Below, piece after piece: positions 18,580 through 27,180 of a DNA stretch of 64,000 nt (within the stretch, counting starts at the first letter, position 1; each line of letters starts with the position of its first letter). Origin of the DNA: Chloroflexota bacterium (lineage in GTDB: Bacteria; Chloroflexota; UBA5177); the NCBI GenBank assembly GCA_035295425.1, contig DATGJB010000149.1, positions 8,509-72,508 of the forward strand, given 5' to 3'. The notes under the pieces are model-generated. The model was not told the DNA's origin, made no database searches, and was given only the letters and a program-made list of their open reading frames with translations. Position numbers and translations under genes: made by a program.

Positions 18580-19790
18580 GCGGTCGAACCGCGGCAGGGG
18601 GTGAGCGGTTGGAGCGGATCGCGCGGACCCTCGGCGATGAGCGGCTCGACGCCCTGATCTGCACCCTCCCCGAGAACGTGCTGCTGCTGAGCGGCTACTG
18701 GCCGGTGGTGGGGACCGCGCTCGCGGTCGCAACCCCGGGCGGACGCGTTGCCGTCCTGGCTCCCGAAGACGAGCGGGACCTTGCCCATGGCGGCTGGGCG
18801 ACGGAGGTGCGCACATACACTCCCGGCTCGCTGGAAAGTCTTGCCGGCCCGGAGGATACGGTCCGCGAGCCACTGACGGCGTTGCTTGCCGATCTGGGAG
18901 TCGCCTCCGGACGGCTCGGTTGGGAGGATGGAGCCTTCTACCAGGGGGCATCGTACGCTGCCATGTATCTTTTTGGCAGCGGTGTTCCGGCCCTCCTCTC
19001 CGGCACGGCGCCACGCGGAACGCTCGTCCCCGGCATGCCCGCGATCAGCCGGCTGCGATCGTCGCTGACGCCGTACGAGGTGGACCGGGTCCGGCTGGGC
19101 TGTGCCATTGCCGGCGAAGCGTTCGTCGCAGCGACCGGTACGATTCGTCCCGGCCGCAGCGAAGCCGAGGTGGCGGTCGCCATCGCCGGCCCATTGGAGG
19201 TCCGTGGCTTGAATCACCCGGCGGTACGGCGCACCCGAGCCTTCGCCTGGTGTATGTCCGGCCCCCACTCGGCTCTGGCTGGTGCAGCCTACGCCCGCAC
19301 GCGGGATCGCCGGCTCCAGGAAGGCGACCTCGTGCTGGTGCACTGCAATACCTACATAGACGGCTACTGGACCGACATCACCCGGACCTACTGCCTTGGA
19401 CAACCGGACGAGCGGCAGCAGGCGATGTACGATGCGATCGCCGACGCGAGGGATGCCGCGCTGGCCGAGATCGCGCCGGATGCCCGCGCCGCCGACGTCG
19501 ACGCGGCGGCGCGGCGGGTGCTTGCCGGCCGGGGCTTCGGAGATTACTTCACGCATGGCATCGGGCACAGCGTCGGCTTTTCGGTAATCAGTGCCGACTT
19601 CCCGCCGCGACTGCACCCTGCCTCACCCGACCGGCTCGCGGTCGGCATGACCTTCAATATCGAGCCGGCCATCTACATCCAGGGGTATGGCGGCATTCGA
19701 CACTGCGACGTGGTCACGGTGCACGAGGACGGTCCGGAGGTGCTGACCGGGTTCCAGAGTGGCCTGGAAGAGCTGGCGATCGCGGTGTGA
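18576..19790 (+). CDS. M24-family metallopeptidase (Xaa-Pro dipeptidase/creatinase-like)
   Basis: The ATG overlaps the upstream TGA (ATGA at 18576-18579). The N-terminus is creatinase-like. The pita-bread motifs DGYWTDITRT, HGIGHSVG and FNIEPAIY are present. Confidence 0.85.
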   Translation: MSGRTAAGGERLERIARTLGDERLDALICTLPENVLLLSGYWPVVGTALAVATPGGRVAVLAPEDERDLAHGGWATEVRTYTPGSLESLAGPEDTVREPLTALLADLGVASGRLGWEDGAFYQGASYAAMYLFGSGVPALLSGTAPRGTLVPGMPAISRLRSSLTPYEVDRVRLGCAIAGEAFVAATGTIRPGRSEAEVAVAIAGPLEVRGLNHPAVRRTRAFAWCMSGPHSALAGAAYARTRDRRLQEGDLVLVHCNTYIDGYWTDITRTYCLGQPDERQQAMYDAIADARDAALAEIAPDARAADVDAAARRVLAGRGFGDYFTHGIGHSVGFSVISADFPPRLHPASPDRLAVGMTFNIEPAIYIQGYGGIRHCDVVTVHEDGPEVLTGFQSGLEELAIAV

Positions 19791-19938
19791 GGGCGCGGTT
19801 GGATTGGTCTGTGGCAGGCTGACCGTCGGAGCGGCCATTGACAATTCCTGTCACAGTGGTGGGCCGACAACCGTTCTCTCAATAGAGAATGGAAGCAAAC
19901 GAAGGGGTGGCGATCGTGCCGGCGACCTGGAGGATGAG

Positions 19939-22251
19939 ATGCGTGCTGTCCTGAGGCTCCTGGTCATGCTGGGTCTGGTGGCAGGTACGTTGCTGTCCGC
20001 GCCGGCTGCTCCGCCCACTGCCGCGGCGCAGGGCTACTTCCTTGCCGCCTGGGGCGCCGGCGCCGCCGGTCCGCTCGGCACCACGGCCTGCTGCGCCACC
20101 CGCGCTAGCCCGACGGGCGTCCCGGTACCCGGCCTTATCGCGGCAGTCGCCGCGGCCAACGGCGGCGTCGTCGCGGTACGGCCTGACGGTACCGTCGCTA
20201 CCTGGGGACCGTACCTTCCTCCGCCGTATATCCCATCGCTGCTGCCCCAGCAGGTGCCGGGGCTGATCAACGTCGTCGCTGTCGCCGCGGGATCGCAGTT
20301 CGTTCTGGCACTGACCGGCAGCGGGACCGTCTGGTCGTGGGGCACCGGAGCACTGGGCCGGCCGGCGACGACCGCGGCCGACGCGATGGCACCTGCCCCG
20401 ATTCCCGGTCTGTCCCACGTCGTCCAGATCGCCGCCGGTGGCAACAATGCGCTGGCTATCACGCGCGATGGCACCCTCTACTCCTGGGGAGACAATTGGA
20501 CCGGCGAGATCGGCGACGGTACGCGCACCGATCGGCCCACGCCGGTTCTCGTGACCGGGCTCTCTCACGTCATCTCGGCCGCCACGTCGGGCCAGAATGC
20601 CGTCGCGGTGACTCGCGGTGGCGCCGTGTGGGCCTGGGGCGACGACGCCGCAGGCGCTCCCTCCCGCCCCGGCATCATCCAGAGTACGGTACCGGTGCCG
20701 GTGCCGAACGTGCCGCAGGCCACCCAGGTCGTGGCCGGGTTCAGCACTGGGTTGGCCCTTGCCCAGGACGGCAGCGTCTGGGCCTGGGGAGAAAACTCGG
20801 GCGACGCTCTCGCCACCGGGCATCCCTCACACGATCCGAACGGCAGCCCACCCGCCCCGGTTACGGGTCTCCACGACGTCACCGCCCTGGCGAGCGGACT
20901 GAACCGCTATATGGCGATCGAGCAGGACGGCTCGGTCTGGACCTGGGCGGGAGGACTGGGTGGTCCCGCGCGACAGCCAGGCCTCCAGGGAGCGGCCGCC
21001 GTAGCGGCCAGCCCGACCCAGTGGCTGGCACTCGTCGCCGAGCCGCCGCCGGATATTCCCACGCCGTCACCAGGTCCGTGCACCTCGACAGTCAGGGGCA
21101 GTCTGGTACTCAGCTTCTATCCCTCGGCGCTTCTGGTCGACCAGCCGACCGGCCACGTCTTCGTGCTCGACGGCGGCGGCGAGCAGTCACCTGATCCGGC
21201 CTCGCGAGTCTGCACTGCCAGTCTCACCATGCTCGACGGTCGAACCGGCCGCGTTCTCAGCACCGTCCTCCTGGGCAAGGGTTCCCCCTCCTTCGGCCTG
21301 TCGCCGATGGCGGTGCCCGACGCCGGATGGCTGACGCAGGAAGACGGGCACATCGTCGTGGCCTATCAGCCTTCCCTGCCCAGCCAGGACACGGCGGGCG
21401 GTGTCTCCATCGTCGACGCCGCCACCGGCAAGCTCCTCCGCTCGGTCCAGGTCGGCTATCAGCTGTACGGCGTGGCGGCGGACACCGCGACCCACCGCGT
21501 GTTCGCCACCCTTCTGGCCGATCCCGGGACCCACAGCCAGGCTGCCACGGTGGCCAGCCTGGCCGTGGTCGACGGCAGCGGAGGTATCCAGACCCAGACC
21601 ATACCGCAGGTCGGGACACCGGTGGTCAACAGCGGAGCCGGACGTCTCTTCGTCCTAGCCGACACCGCGAGCCTCGCCTTCGACACGCGATCCGGGGCCA
21701 TGATCCGTACTGTCTCGTACACCGGCGGCAGCCTGAGTGGCGTCGGCCTGGTGGGGCGATCCGGACGCCTCTTCGTGGCCTACGGCGTCTCGCCACACTG
21801 CTGCGGGCCGAGCCTGCAGCTGCTCAACGCCCGGAACGGGAAGCGTATCTCCCAGCTGGGAACTGCCGGCCAGTACGGACCGCTGGTGGTGGACGAGCCG
21901 GTGGGCCGCGTGCTGGTTGCACAGTATGGCCTCTCCACGCCGATCCGTGGTGTGACCGAGGTACGCGACGCCACGACTGGACGTATCGTCAAGCGCTTGC
22001 CCTTCCTCATCGGACCATCCACCATTAACGCCCGCAACGGCCGGGTCTACGCCATCACCGGGCCCGACACCGTGTCAGTCCTCGATCCGCGCACGTGGCG
22101 CGTGGTGGCGCGCTACCATCCGGGTGGGACACTCGCCGCGATCGCCCTGGACCAGTCCACCAACCGCGCTTTCGTCCTCTCTCGCTCCGGCCAGGGCGTC
22201 GCCGGCTCGCAGACGGTTCACGCGTTTTGCGTGGCCCGCCGCTGTCCCTGA
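19939..22251 (+). CDS. Secreted protein with an N-terminal RCC1-like repeat propeller and a C-terminal YVTN-like beta-propeller region
   Basis: The signal peptide is MRAVLRLLVMLGLVAGTLLSAPAAPPTAAAQG. The first half has repeated V.AG..H.LAL..DG.V..WG units. The second half has recurrent ...R.FV....... blades. Confidence 0.8.
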   Translation: MRAVLRLLVMLGLVAGTLLSAPAAPPTAAAQGYFLAAWGAGAAGPLGTTACCATRASPTGVPVPGLIAAVAAANGGVVAVRPDGTVATWGPYLPPPYIPSLLPQQVPGLINVVAVAAGSQFVLALTGSGTVWSWGTGALGRPATTAADAMAPAPIPGLSHVVQIAAGGNNALAITRDGTLYSWGDNWTGEIGDGTRTDRPTPVLVTGLSHVISAATSGQNAVAVTRGGAVWAWGDDAAGAPSRPGIIQSTVPVPVPNVPQATQVVAGFSTGLALAQDGSVWAWGENSGDALATGHPSHDPNGSPPAPVTGLHDVTALASGLNRYMAIEQDGSVWTWAGGLGGPARQPGLQGAAAVAASPTQWLALVAEPPPDIPTPSPGPCTSTVRGSLVLSFYPSALLVDQPTGHVFVLDGGGEQSPDPASRVCTASLTMLDGRTGRVLSTVLLGKGSPSFGLSPMAVPDAGWLTQEDGHIVVAYQPSLPSQDTAGGVSIVDAATGKLLRSVQVGYQLYGVAADTATHRVFATLLADPGTHSQAATVASLAVVDGSGGIQTQTIPQVGTPVVNSGAGRLFVLADTASLAFDTRSGAMIRTVSYTGGSLSGVGLVGRSGRLFVAYGVSPHCCGPSLQLLNARNGKRISQLGTAGQYGPLVVDEPVGRVLVAQYGLSTPIRGVTEVRDATTGRIVKRLPFLIGPSTINARNGRVYAITGPDTVSVLDPRTWRVVARYHPGGTLAAIALDQSTNRAFVLSRSGQGVAGSQTVHAFCVARRCP

Positions 22252-22490
22252 GGCAACAGATCCAGCGCCGCCAGCTTGGTTTCGATTCACTCGACGTCCT
22301 TCTGCGCGCCGAGGCGCCGTTACCACCGCCAGGGCTTCCTCGAACTGCGCTCGAATGGGGGTTCGCCGGCTGCAGCGCCATTCATAAACGCCGGCGCGAC
22401 GAGGATCCGCGCTCCGGTGTACGGACTCGGCATAGCCTCCGATCGCCGTCGCCCGTCTTCAAGCGGGTGCCTGGCGGCGGTGTGGAATGC

Positions 22491-23243
22491 CTACGCGACG
22501 GCTCTCTGATCGTCCGCGACATCCACGCGAGTCATCGCCAGGTAGGCAACGCAAACGACGATCAAGGCTGTCAGGACCAGCGCGACCTTCGCGTCACCGA
22601 GACCCAGACCTCCAAGGATCGGCTTGCCGAGCCAATCCGCCACCGAGGCGCCCAGCGGGCGCGTCACCACGTAGGCGAACCAGAAGGCGGCAACCTCGTT
22701 CATGCCGAGTCGCCAGTAGCCGATACCCGGCAGCGCGAACAGGATGGCAAAGAGGATGACCGAGGGGAAGTAGCCGAGGCCGAGGCTTGCCGCTGTCAGG
22801 TCACCGGCAGCGGTGCCGAGTGCAAAGGTCGCGATCACCGTCGCCCAGTAGAACAGCTCCCGGCGTCCGGCGTAGATGGTGTGGATGGAAAGCGTTTTCT
22901 CGCTCCAATACCAGACGGCGAAGACAATCGCGAGGCACGTCGCGAAGAACGCCGTCGACACGGCATAGGGGACGCCCAGTACGACATGGGCCACGTCGGC
23001 CGCCATGGTGCCGAAGACGGCGACCATGACCACGGCGAACCAGTAGATCCAGGCCCGATAACGGCGCGCCGCCAGCTGCAAGGCGAGCGCCACCACCAGT
23101 CCAACGCACCCGAACACCACCGCGACGTACTTGTCGATATGGAAGACAAGATAGTCCGACGTCGACTCTCCCATCGCCGTGGACAGGAGTTTGACGATCC
23201 AGAAGTAGACCGTTATCTCGGGGACCTTGAGGATCGCGCGCAT
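22491..23243 (-). CDS. Polytopic membrane protein of unknown function
   Basis: The 250-aa product (MRAILKVPEITVYFWIVKLLSTAMGESTSDYL...) has multiple hydrophobic helices. It resembles the uncharacterised membrane-anchored protein family (COG4705-like) from memory. Confidence 0.65.
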   Translation of the reverse strand: MRAILKVPEITVYFWIVKLLSTAMGESTSDYLVFHIDKYVAVVFGCVGLVVALALQLAARRYRAWIYWFAVVMVAVFGTMAADVAHVVLGVPYAVSTAFFATCLAIVFAVWYWSEKTLSIHTIYAGRRELFYWATVIATFALGTAAGDLTAASLGLGYFPSVILFAILFALPGIGYWRLGMNEVAAFWFAYVVTRPLGASVADWLGKPILGGLGLGDAKVALVLTALIVVCVAYLAMTRVDVADDQRAVA

Positions 23244-23419
23244 GGCACGGCTCGACGGCCTCGTGACTAACCGGCGCGTGTACATCTGCCTACTACGCAC
23301 CGCGGCTTTCCCTGACGCCGGCTACCATCGGATCATGCCTTGCCCACTCACGCAGCACATCTTCATGATAGGTCGGGCGCGCCCCATTCAATAGCGACCG
23401 GCGGGGAGCACGGCCGACC

Positions 23420-25228
23420 TCAACGGAGCACCGGCACACCCCGCTGGTGGGTGCCGGGCGGCGAGAGATCGCGCCGGACCGGCGGGGCCTGAGCGGAGCC
23501 TGGTTTCCGGGCGAGGATACTGTCACGCTCGGCGATCAGGTAGTCGGCGATCCGCGCGGCGTTGGCCTGGATGGTCAAACCGGGATTGGCGGAGCCCTGC
23601 GTCGGGAAGGTGCTGCCGTCGCAGCAGAAGAGATTCGGGATATCGTGGGTACGGCCGAAGCGGTCCACCACCGATTCCCGCGGATCGTCGCCCATGCGTG
23701 CCCCGCCGATGAGATGAGCGTAACGCGGCTCCTGGACTACCTCCTCGGCGCCGGCTGCCCAGAGAATCTCCGCGACCTTTTTCCGGCCAAAGTCGATCAG
23801 CTTGCGGTCGTTCTCCCGCAGGTTGTAGGTGATCTTCGCCACCGGCAGACCGCAGCGATCCTTCACTTCCGCCAGCTCGACCCGGTTGTCGGGCCAGGGG
23901 AGCAGCTCGCCGAGCAGGCCAAGCGCCGCCCAGTGGTTGTAGTCCATCATCACCCGCCGCATGCCCCAGCCCCAGGCGCCTTTGGCAACTATCATCTGCT
24001 TGGCGAAAGCAATGGGCAGCGGGCCCACTGTCTGCACCGCGAAACCGCGGGCGAAGTCCCGTCGCGGGTCGGTCTCATAGAACTCCTCGGTCAGAGCGTG
24101 AGCAGGTGGCGCCTTGTACATCCGCACCAGCTCGGAAAAGCGCCCCAGCACGACGTTCCCTGCCTGCACCATCAGATAGCGGCCGACTGTGCCGCTTGAG
24201 TTCGCCAGCCCGTTCTCGTGCCCGGGGCAGGCGGAGTTGAGGAGGAGGCGAGGCGTCTCGATGGCGTACCCACAGGCCAGCACAACCCTGGCCCGTTGCT
24301 CGCGCGGCTGGAGATCCGGCGCGGCGCCAGCCTGGTCGGCGTGGGCGCCATCGGGGCCCACACAGTCGCCGTGATAGTTCGATCGATCTAGCCGGAAGTA
24401 GGTAACACCAGAGACCAATCCATCCTTTCCCAGGTTGATGCGGCCGACCATGCAGTTGTCGCGGATCTCGGCGCCGTGCCGGACGGCATCCGGAACGTGG
24501 GAAACCAGCGTGCTCTGCTTGGCGCCGACCTTACAGCCCTGAATGCAGAAACCGCGGTAGATACAATGCTGCCGGTCGCCAAAGGCCCCGGAAGCGATGG
24601 CAACCGGACCACCGGCCGAGACGCCAATCCCGAGCGCGGTACAGCCTTTGATCAGGACGTCGCCCACGCCGCCCATCGGGTGGGGCCCGTAAGGATAACC
24701 GTGTGGATCACCCCATGGGTAGTGGGCAGGTCCCGCCACCGGCATCTCTCGCTCCAGCATCTCGTAATACGGCTTCAGGTCCCGGTAGCTGATCGGCCAG
24801 TCGGCTCCGACACCGTCCTCCGAGTAGACGCGGAAGTCGGAGGGGTGGAAGCGCGGCGCAAACGAGGCCCAGTGCACCGAGCCGCCACCTACCCCCCGGC
24901 CGCTATTGTTGGCGCCGAGCGCGATCGGGTTCTCACCCCCGGTGATCCGCAGCTCGGTCCAGTAGAGCCGGTGTGACCCGGCCTCATCGCTCACCCAGTC
25001 ACGCTCGGTGTCCCAGAAGGGACCGGCATCGAAGGCGACCACACTGAAGCCGGCTCGGGCCAGCCGTTGGGCCAGCACACCGCCCGCCGACCCGACGCCC
25101 ACGATGCAGAAGTCCACCTCCTCGTCGTCCCGGTAGCGACGCATGGGATAGTCGATGGTCTGAATCGGCCCAAGCATGTGAGAGCGCGTCGAGGAACCGC
25201 CAAAAGCCCCGAGAAGCGGTGTTCTCAT
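23420..25228 (-). CDS. GMC-family FAD-dependent oxidoreductase (large flavoprotein subunit)
   Basis: A Rossmann motif, DFCIVGVGSAGGVLAQRLARAG, is present, and the C-terminus is GMC-like (HLIGGARMG, FPTQGSANP). The start is uncertain: ATGs lie at 25315, 25228, 25177 and 25144, and none has a clear SD. Confidence 0.85.
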   Translation of the reverse strand: MRTPLLGAFGGSSTRSHMLGPIQTIDYPMRRYRDDEEVDFCIVGVGSAGGVLAQRLARAGFSVVAFDAGPFWDTERDWVSDEAGSHRLYWTELRITGGENPIALGANNSGRGVGGGSVHWASFAPRFHPSDFRVYSEDGVGADWPISYRDLKPYYEMLEREMPVAGPAHYPWGDPHGYPYGPHPMGGVGDVLIKGCTALGIGVSAGGPVAIASGAFGDRQHCIYRGFCIQGCKVGAKQSTLVSHVPDAVRHGAEIRDNCMVGRINLGKDGLVSGVTYFRLDRSNYHGDCVGPDGAHADQAGAAPDLQPREQRARVVLACGYAIETPRLLLNSACPGHENGLANSSGTVGRYLMVQAGNVVLGRFSELVRMYKAPPAHALTEEFYETDPRRDFARGFAVQTVGPLPIAFAKQMIVAKGAWGWGMRRVMMDYNHWAALGLLGELLPWPDNRVELAEVKDRCGLPVAKITYNLRENDRKLIDFGRKKVAEILWAAGAEEVVQEPRYAHLIGGARMGDDPRESVVDRFGRTHDIPNLFCCDGSTFPTQGSANPGLTIQANAARIADYLIAERDSILARKPGSAQAPPVRRDLSPPGTHQRGVPVLR

Positions 25229-25415
25229 GGAACGCGAGCCGTCTGCCGAGTTGGGAAGGTAGCCGGGGACGATCCGCTGCGGCGGGTACCTGGCTGGTGC
25301 CTGGCGTGGAGACATCGTTGGCGGGGGAAGATCGGGCTGAAGCCCTCTGCTACGGGGAGGTGGGCGGGGGCGGGGGCGCGACGTGTAGGGGTGGAGCAGG
25401 GAAAGAGATATCGCG

Positions 25416-26177
25416 TCAATGTGTGCCCTCCTGACCGGCCGGAGCGCGGTGCGGGTGACGGCCACCCAGCGGCTGGTAGCGATCCGAGCGAGACGATGGC
25501 GGGGCTGCCCACTCGTACCGTCGCTCGTTCACCTCCCATGGCTCCGGCTGACCGTTCTCCAGCCGGAAGTAGCCGCGCGGATAGGCCGGCCCTCCGAAAC
25601 CGATCTCATCCCAGGCGTAGGGATGCGCGTAGTAGGCGTCGACCACATCCGACGCCAGGAGGATCCAGAAGCGGTCGGCGGGCATCTGCTTCCAGATCTC
25701 CTCCCCACCACACGGCTCGTCTTCATGGATGGTCCAGAGCACGTCATCCTGCTCTGACGGTCCCAGGTCGACGAACGGCAGGTGGTGCATGGTCCGGGCA
25801 ATCTGGTCGATCGCCTTTAGACCCAGATGGTAGGCATCGCCGTCGGACGGCATGTCGTCGTAGCGGTAGCCGTCGGTGCGTCCGCTGTAGAGACGTTCGT
25901 CGATGACGTTGACGATTGGAATGCGGTGGTCCGGATCGCGGTCGTCCTGGGGGAGGATACGCGCGGCGACGGCGCTGAGGAGCTCAACCTCCTCCGGCTC
26001 GAAGAACCGGATTGGCGGGACCTTGTAGAGACGCGCCTCGATGACCGCCCGAGTCGCCTCATCCCAGAATGCCTGCTGATCCATGGTCGAGAAGCCGGGG
26101 TAGTAGCCGGGCTGGGCGCGCGATGGGATGGTCTGCCCCGTGGCAGGATCGATCGGAAGGTTGGTGGAGTCAGTCAT
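25416..26177 (-). CDS. Gluconate 2-dehydrogenase subunit-3-family protein (small partner of GMC dehydrogenases)
   Basis: The 253-aa product carries FFEPEEVELLSAVAARILPQDD and DAYYAHPYAWDEIGFGGPAYPRGY, typical of this family. No twin-arginine signal is visible. AAGGA SD overlaps the upstream stop. Confidence 0.8.
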   Translation of the reverse strand: MTDSTNLPIDPATGQTIPSRAQPGYYPGFSTMDQQAFWDEATRAVIEARLYKVPPIRFFEPEEVELLSAVAARILPQDDRDPDHRIPIVNVIDERLYSGRTDGYRYDDMPSDGDAYHLGLKAIDQIARTMHHLPFVDLGPSEQDDVLWTIHEDEPCGGEEIWKQMPADRFWILLASDVVDAYYAHPYAWDEIGFGGPAYPRGYFRLENGQPEPWEVNERRYEWAAPPSSRSDRYQPLGGRHPHRAPAGQEGTH

Positions 26178-26187
26178 GGAGCGTCCT

Positions 26188-27180
26188 TCAATCCGCCCTC
26201 CGCAGCAGGCTTGCCAGAGCTCCCATGGCGCCGCTCGCCGCCAGCAGCAGCGGCACGAACAGCGGCGGGCCGTAGAGTGCGTTGTAGAGCGGCAGCTTCC
26301 TTCCCCCTGGTCGCCGCAGCGCTCCCCGCACGTGGTAGAAGAATCCGAGTCCGCCGTCCAGCAGCGCCAGCAGCGAGCTCAGCGGAAGCAGGGTATGGGC
26401 GATCCGCCGGCTCCACAGCGTGCCGGCGCCGGCGATGCACAGCAGCGGCCCGAGCACCACCGGACTCCACTGCTCGACCGGGTAGGTGAAATTGTTCTTG
26501 TAGTGCGAGTAGAGCGCCTCCAGACCACTGAGGAGGGCGGCAAAGCCGGCCGCGACTGCCAGGTTCTTCTGGAACCGTCCCTCCCGGATCCGGTGCTCGA
26601 GTACGATTCCCTCGTGGCCCACGCGCCGGGGACGGAGCCCGGACAGGCCGCCACGTGGCAGGTCCAGCGGCATCCGGGCGGTGGGATCGTCCTCGCGTCG
26701 CAGCAGCGAGGCGATCACGCCGAGGTAGCCGTTCAGCGCCAGGAGAAGCGGGGCGAAGAGCGGCGGTCCCATGATGACGTTCATTACCGGCACCCGCCAT
26801 CCACCCGGCTTGCGCGCGACACCGCGCACGTGGAAGTAGAATCCGAGCACGCCATCCACCAGCAGGAGCAGCGAGGCGACCGGCAGCAGAACGCGCGCCG
26901 CCCACCGGTTCAGGGCCGCCCCCACGCCGGCCACGGCGAGCGCCGCGCTGAGAAAGACCGGCGTGTACATGACCTGCTGGCTGTAGCTGCCCCGGTAGTG
27001 CTCGAGAGTGACCTCGAGTCCCCCCAGCAGGCTGGCGAAGGCGGTGACCAGCGCCAGGCTGCGCTGGAAGCGCCCCTCACGGATATGCTGCTCGACGACG
27101 ATCCCCTCGTGCGTGACCGCGCGCGGTAGCAGACCGCGCAGCGCGGAAGGAATCGGCCGCCGCTCGATGGTGTCGATCAT
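26188..27180 (-). CDS. Uncharacterised integral membrane protein, internal tandem duplication of a 4-TM module
   Basis: The 330-aa product has two halves, aa 17-162 and 182-330, that align along their length (HEGIV.E..IREGRFQ...GLE....HY...LGF..HVRG...PGG...GPPLF.PLLLA...ASLLRR.D). The ATG shares one nt with the upstream stop (TGATG). Confidence 0.75.
   Translation of the reverse strand: MIDTIERRPIPSALRGLLPRAVTHEGIVVEQHIREGRFQRSLALVTAFASLLGGLEVTLEHYRGSYSQQVMYTPVFLSAALAVAGVGAALNRWAARVLLPVASLLLLVDGVLGFYFHVRGVARKPGGWRVPVMNVIMGPPLFAPLLLALNGYLGVIASLLRREDDPTARMPLDLPRGGLSGLRPRRVGHEGIVLEHRIREGRFQKNLAVAAGFAALLSGLEALYSHYKNNFTYPVEQWSPVVLGPLLCIAGAGTLWSRRIAHTLLPLSSLLALLDGGLGFFYHVRGALRRPGGRKLPLYNALYGPPLFVPLLLAASGAMGALASLLRRAD
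26191..27132 (-). repeat. Intragenic tandem duplication (two ~147-aa modules: 26695-27132 and 26191-26637)
   Basis: Found by hand alignment of the two protein halves. The duplication is conserved at protein level, not as a near-identical DNA repeat. Confidence 0.8.

Noticed and set aside
17338-19014. 558-aa minus-strand ORF
   Set aside because: It is antisense to the enolase-family and M24 genes, a shadow ORF.
22252-22490. Possible gene remnant in the convergent intergenic region
   Set aside because: Short translations in several frames show no convincing similarity or start signals.
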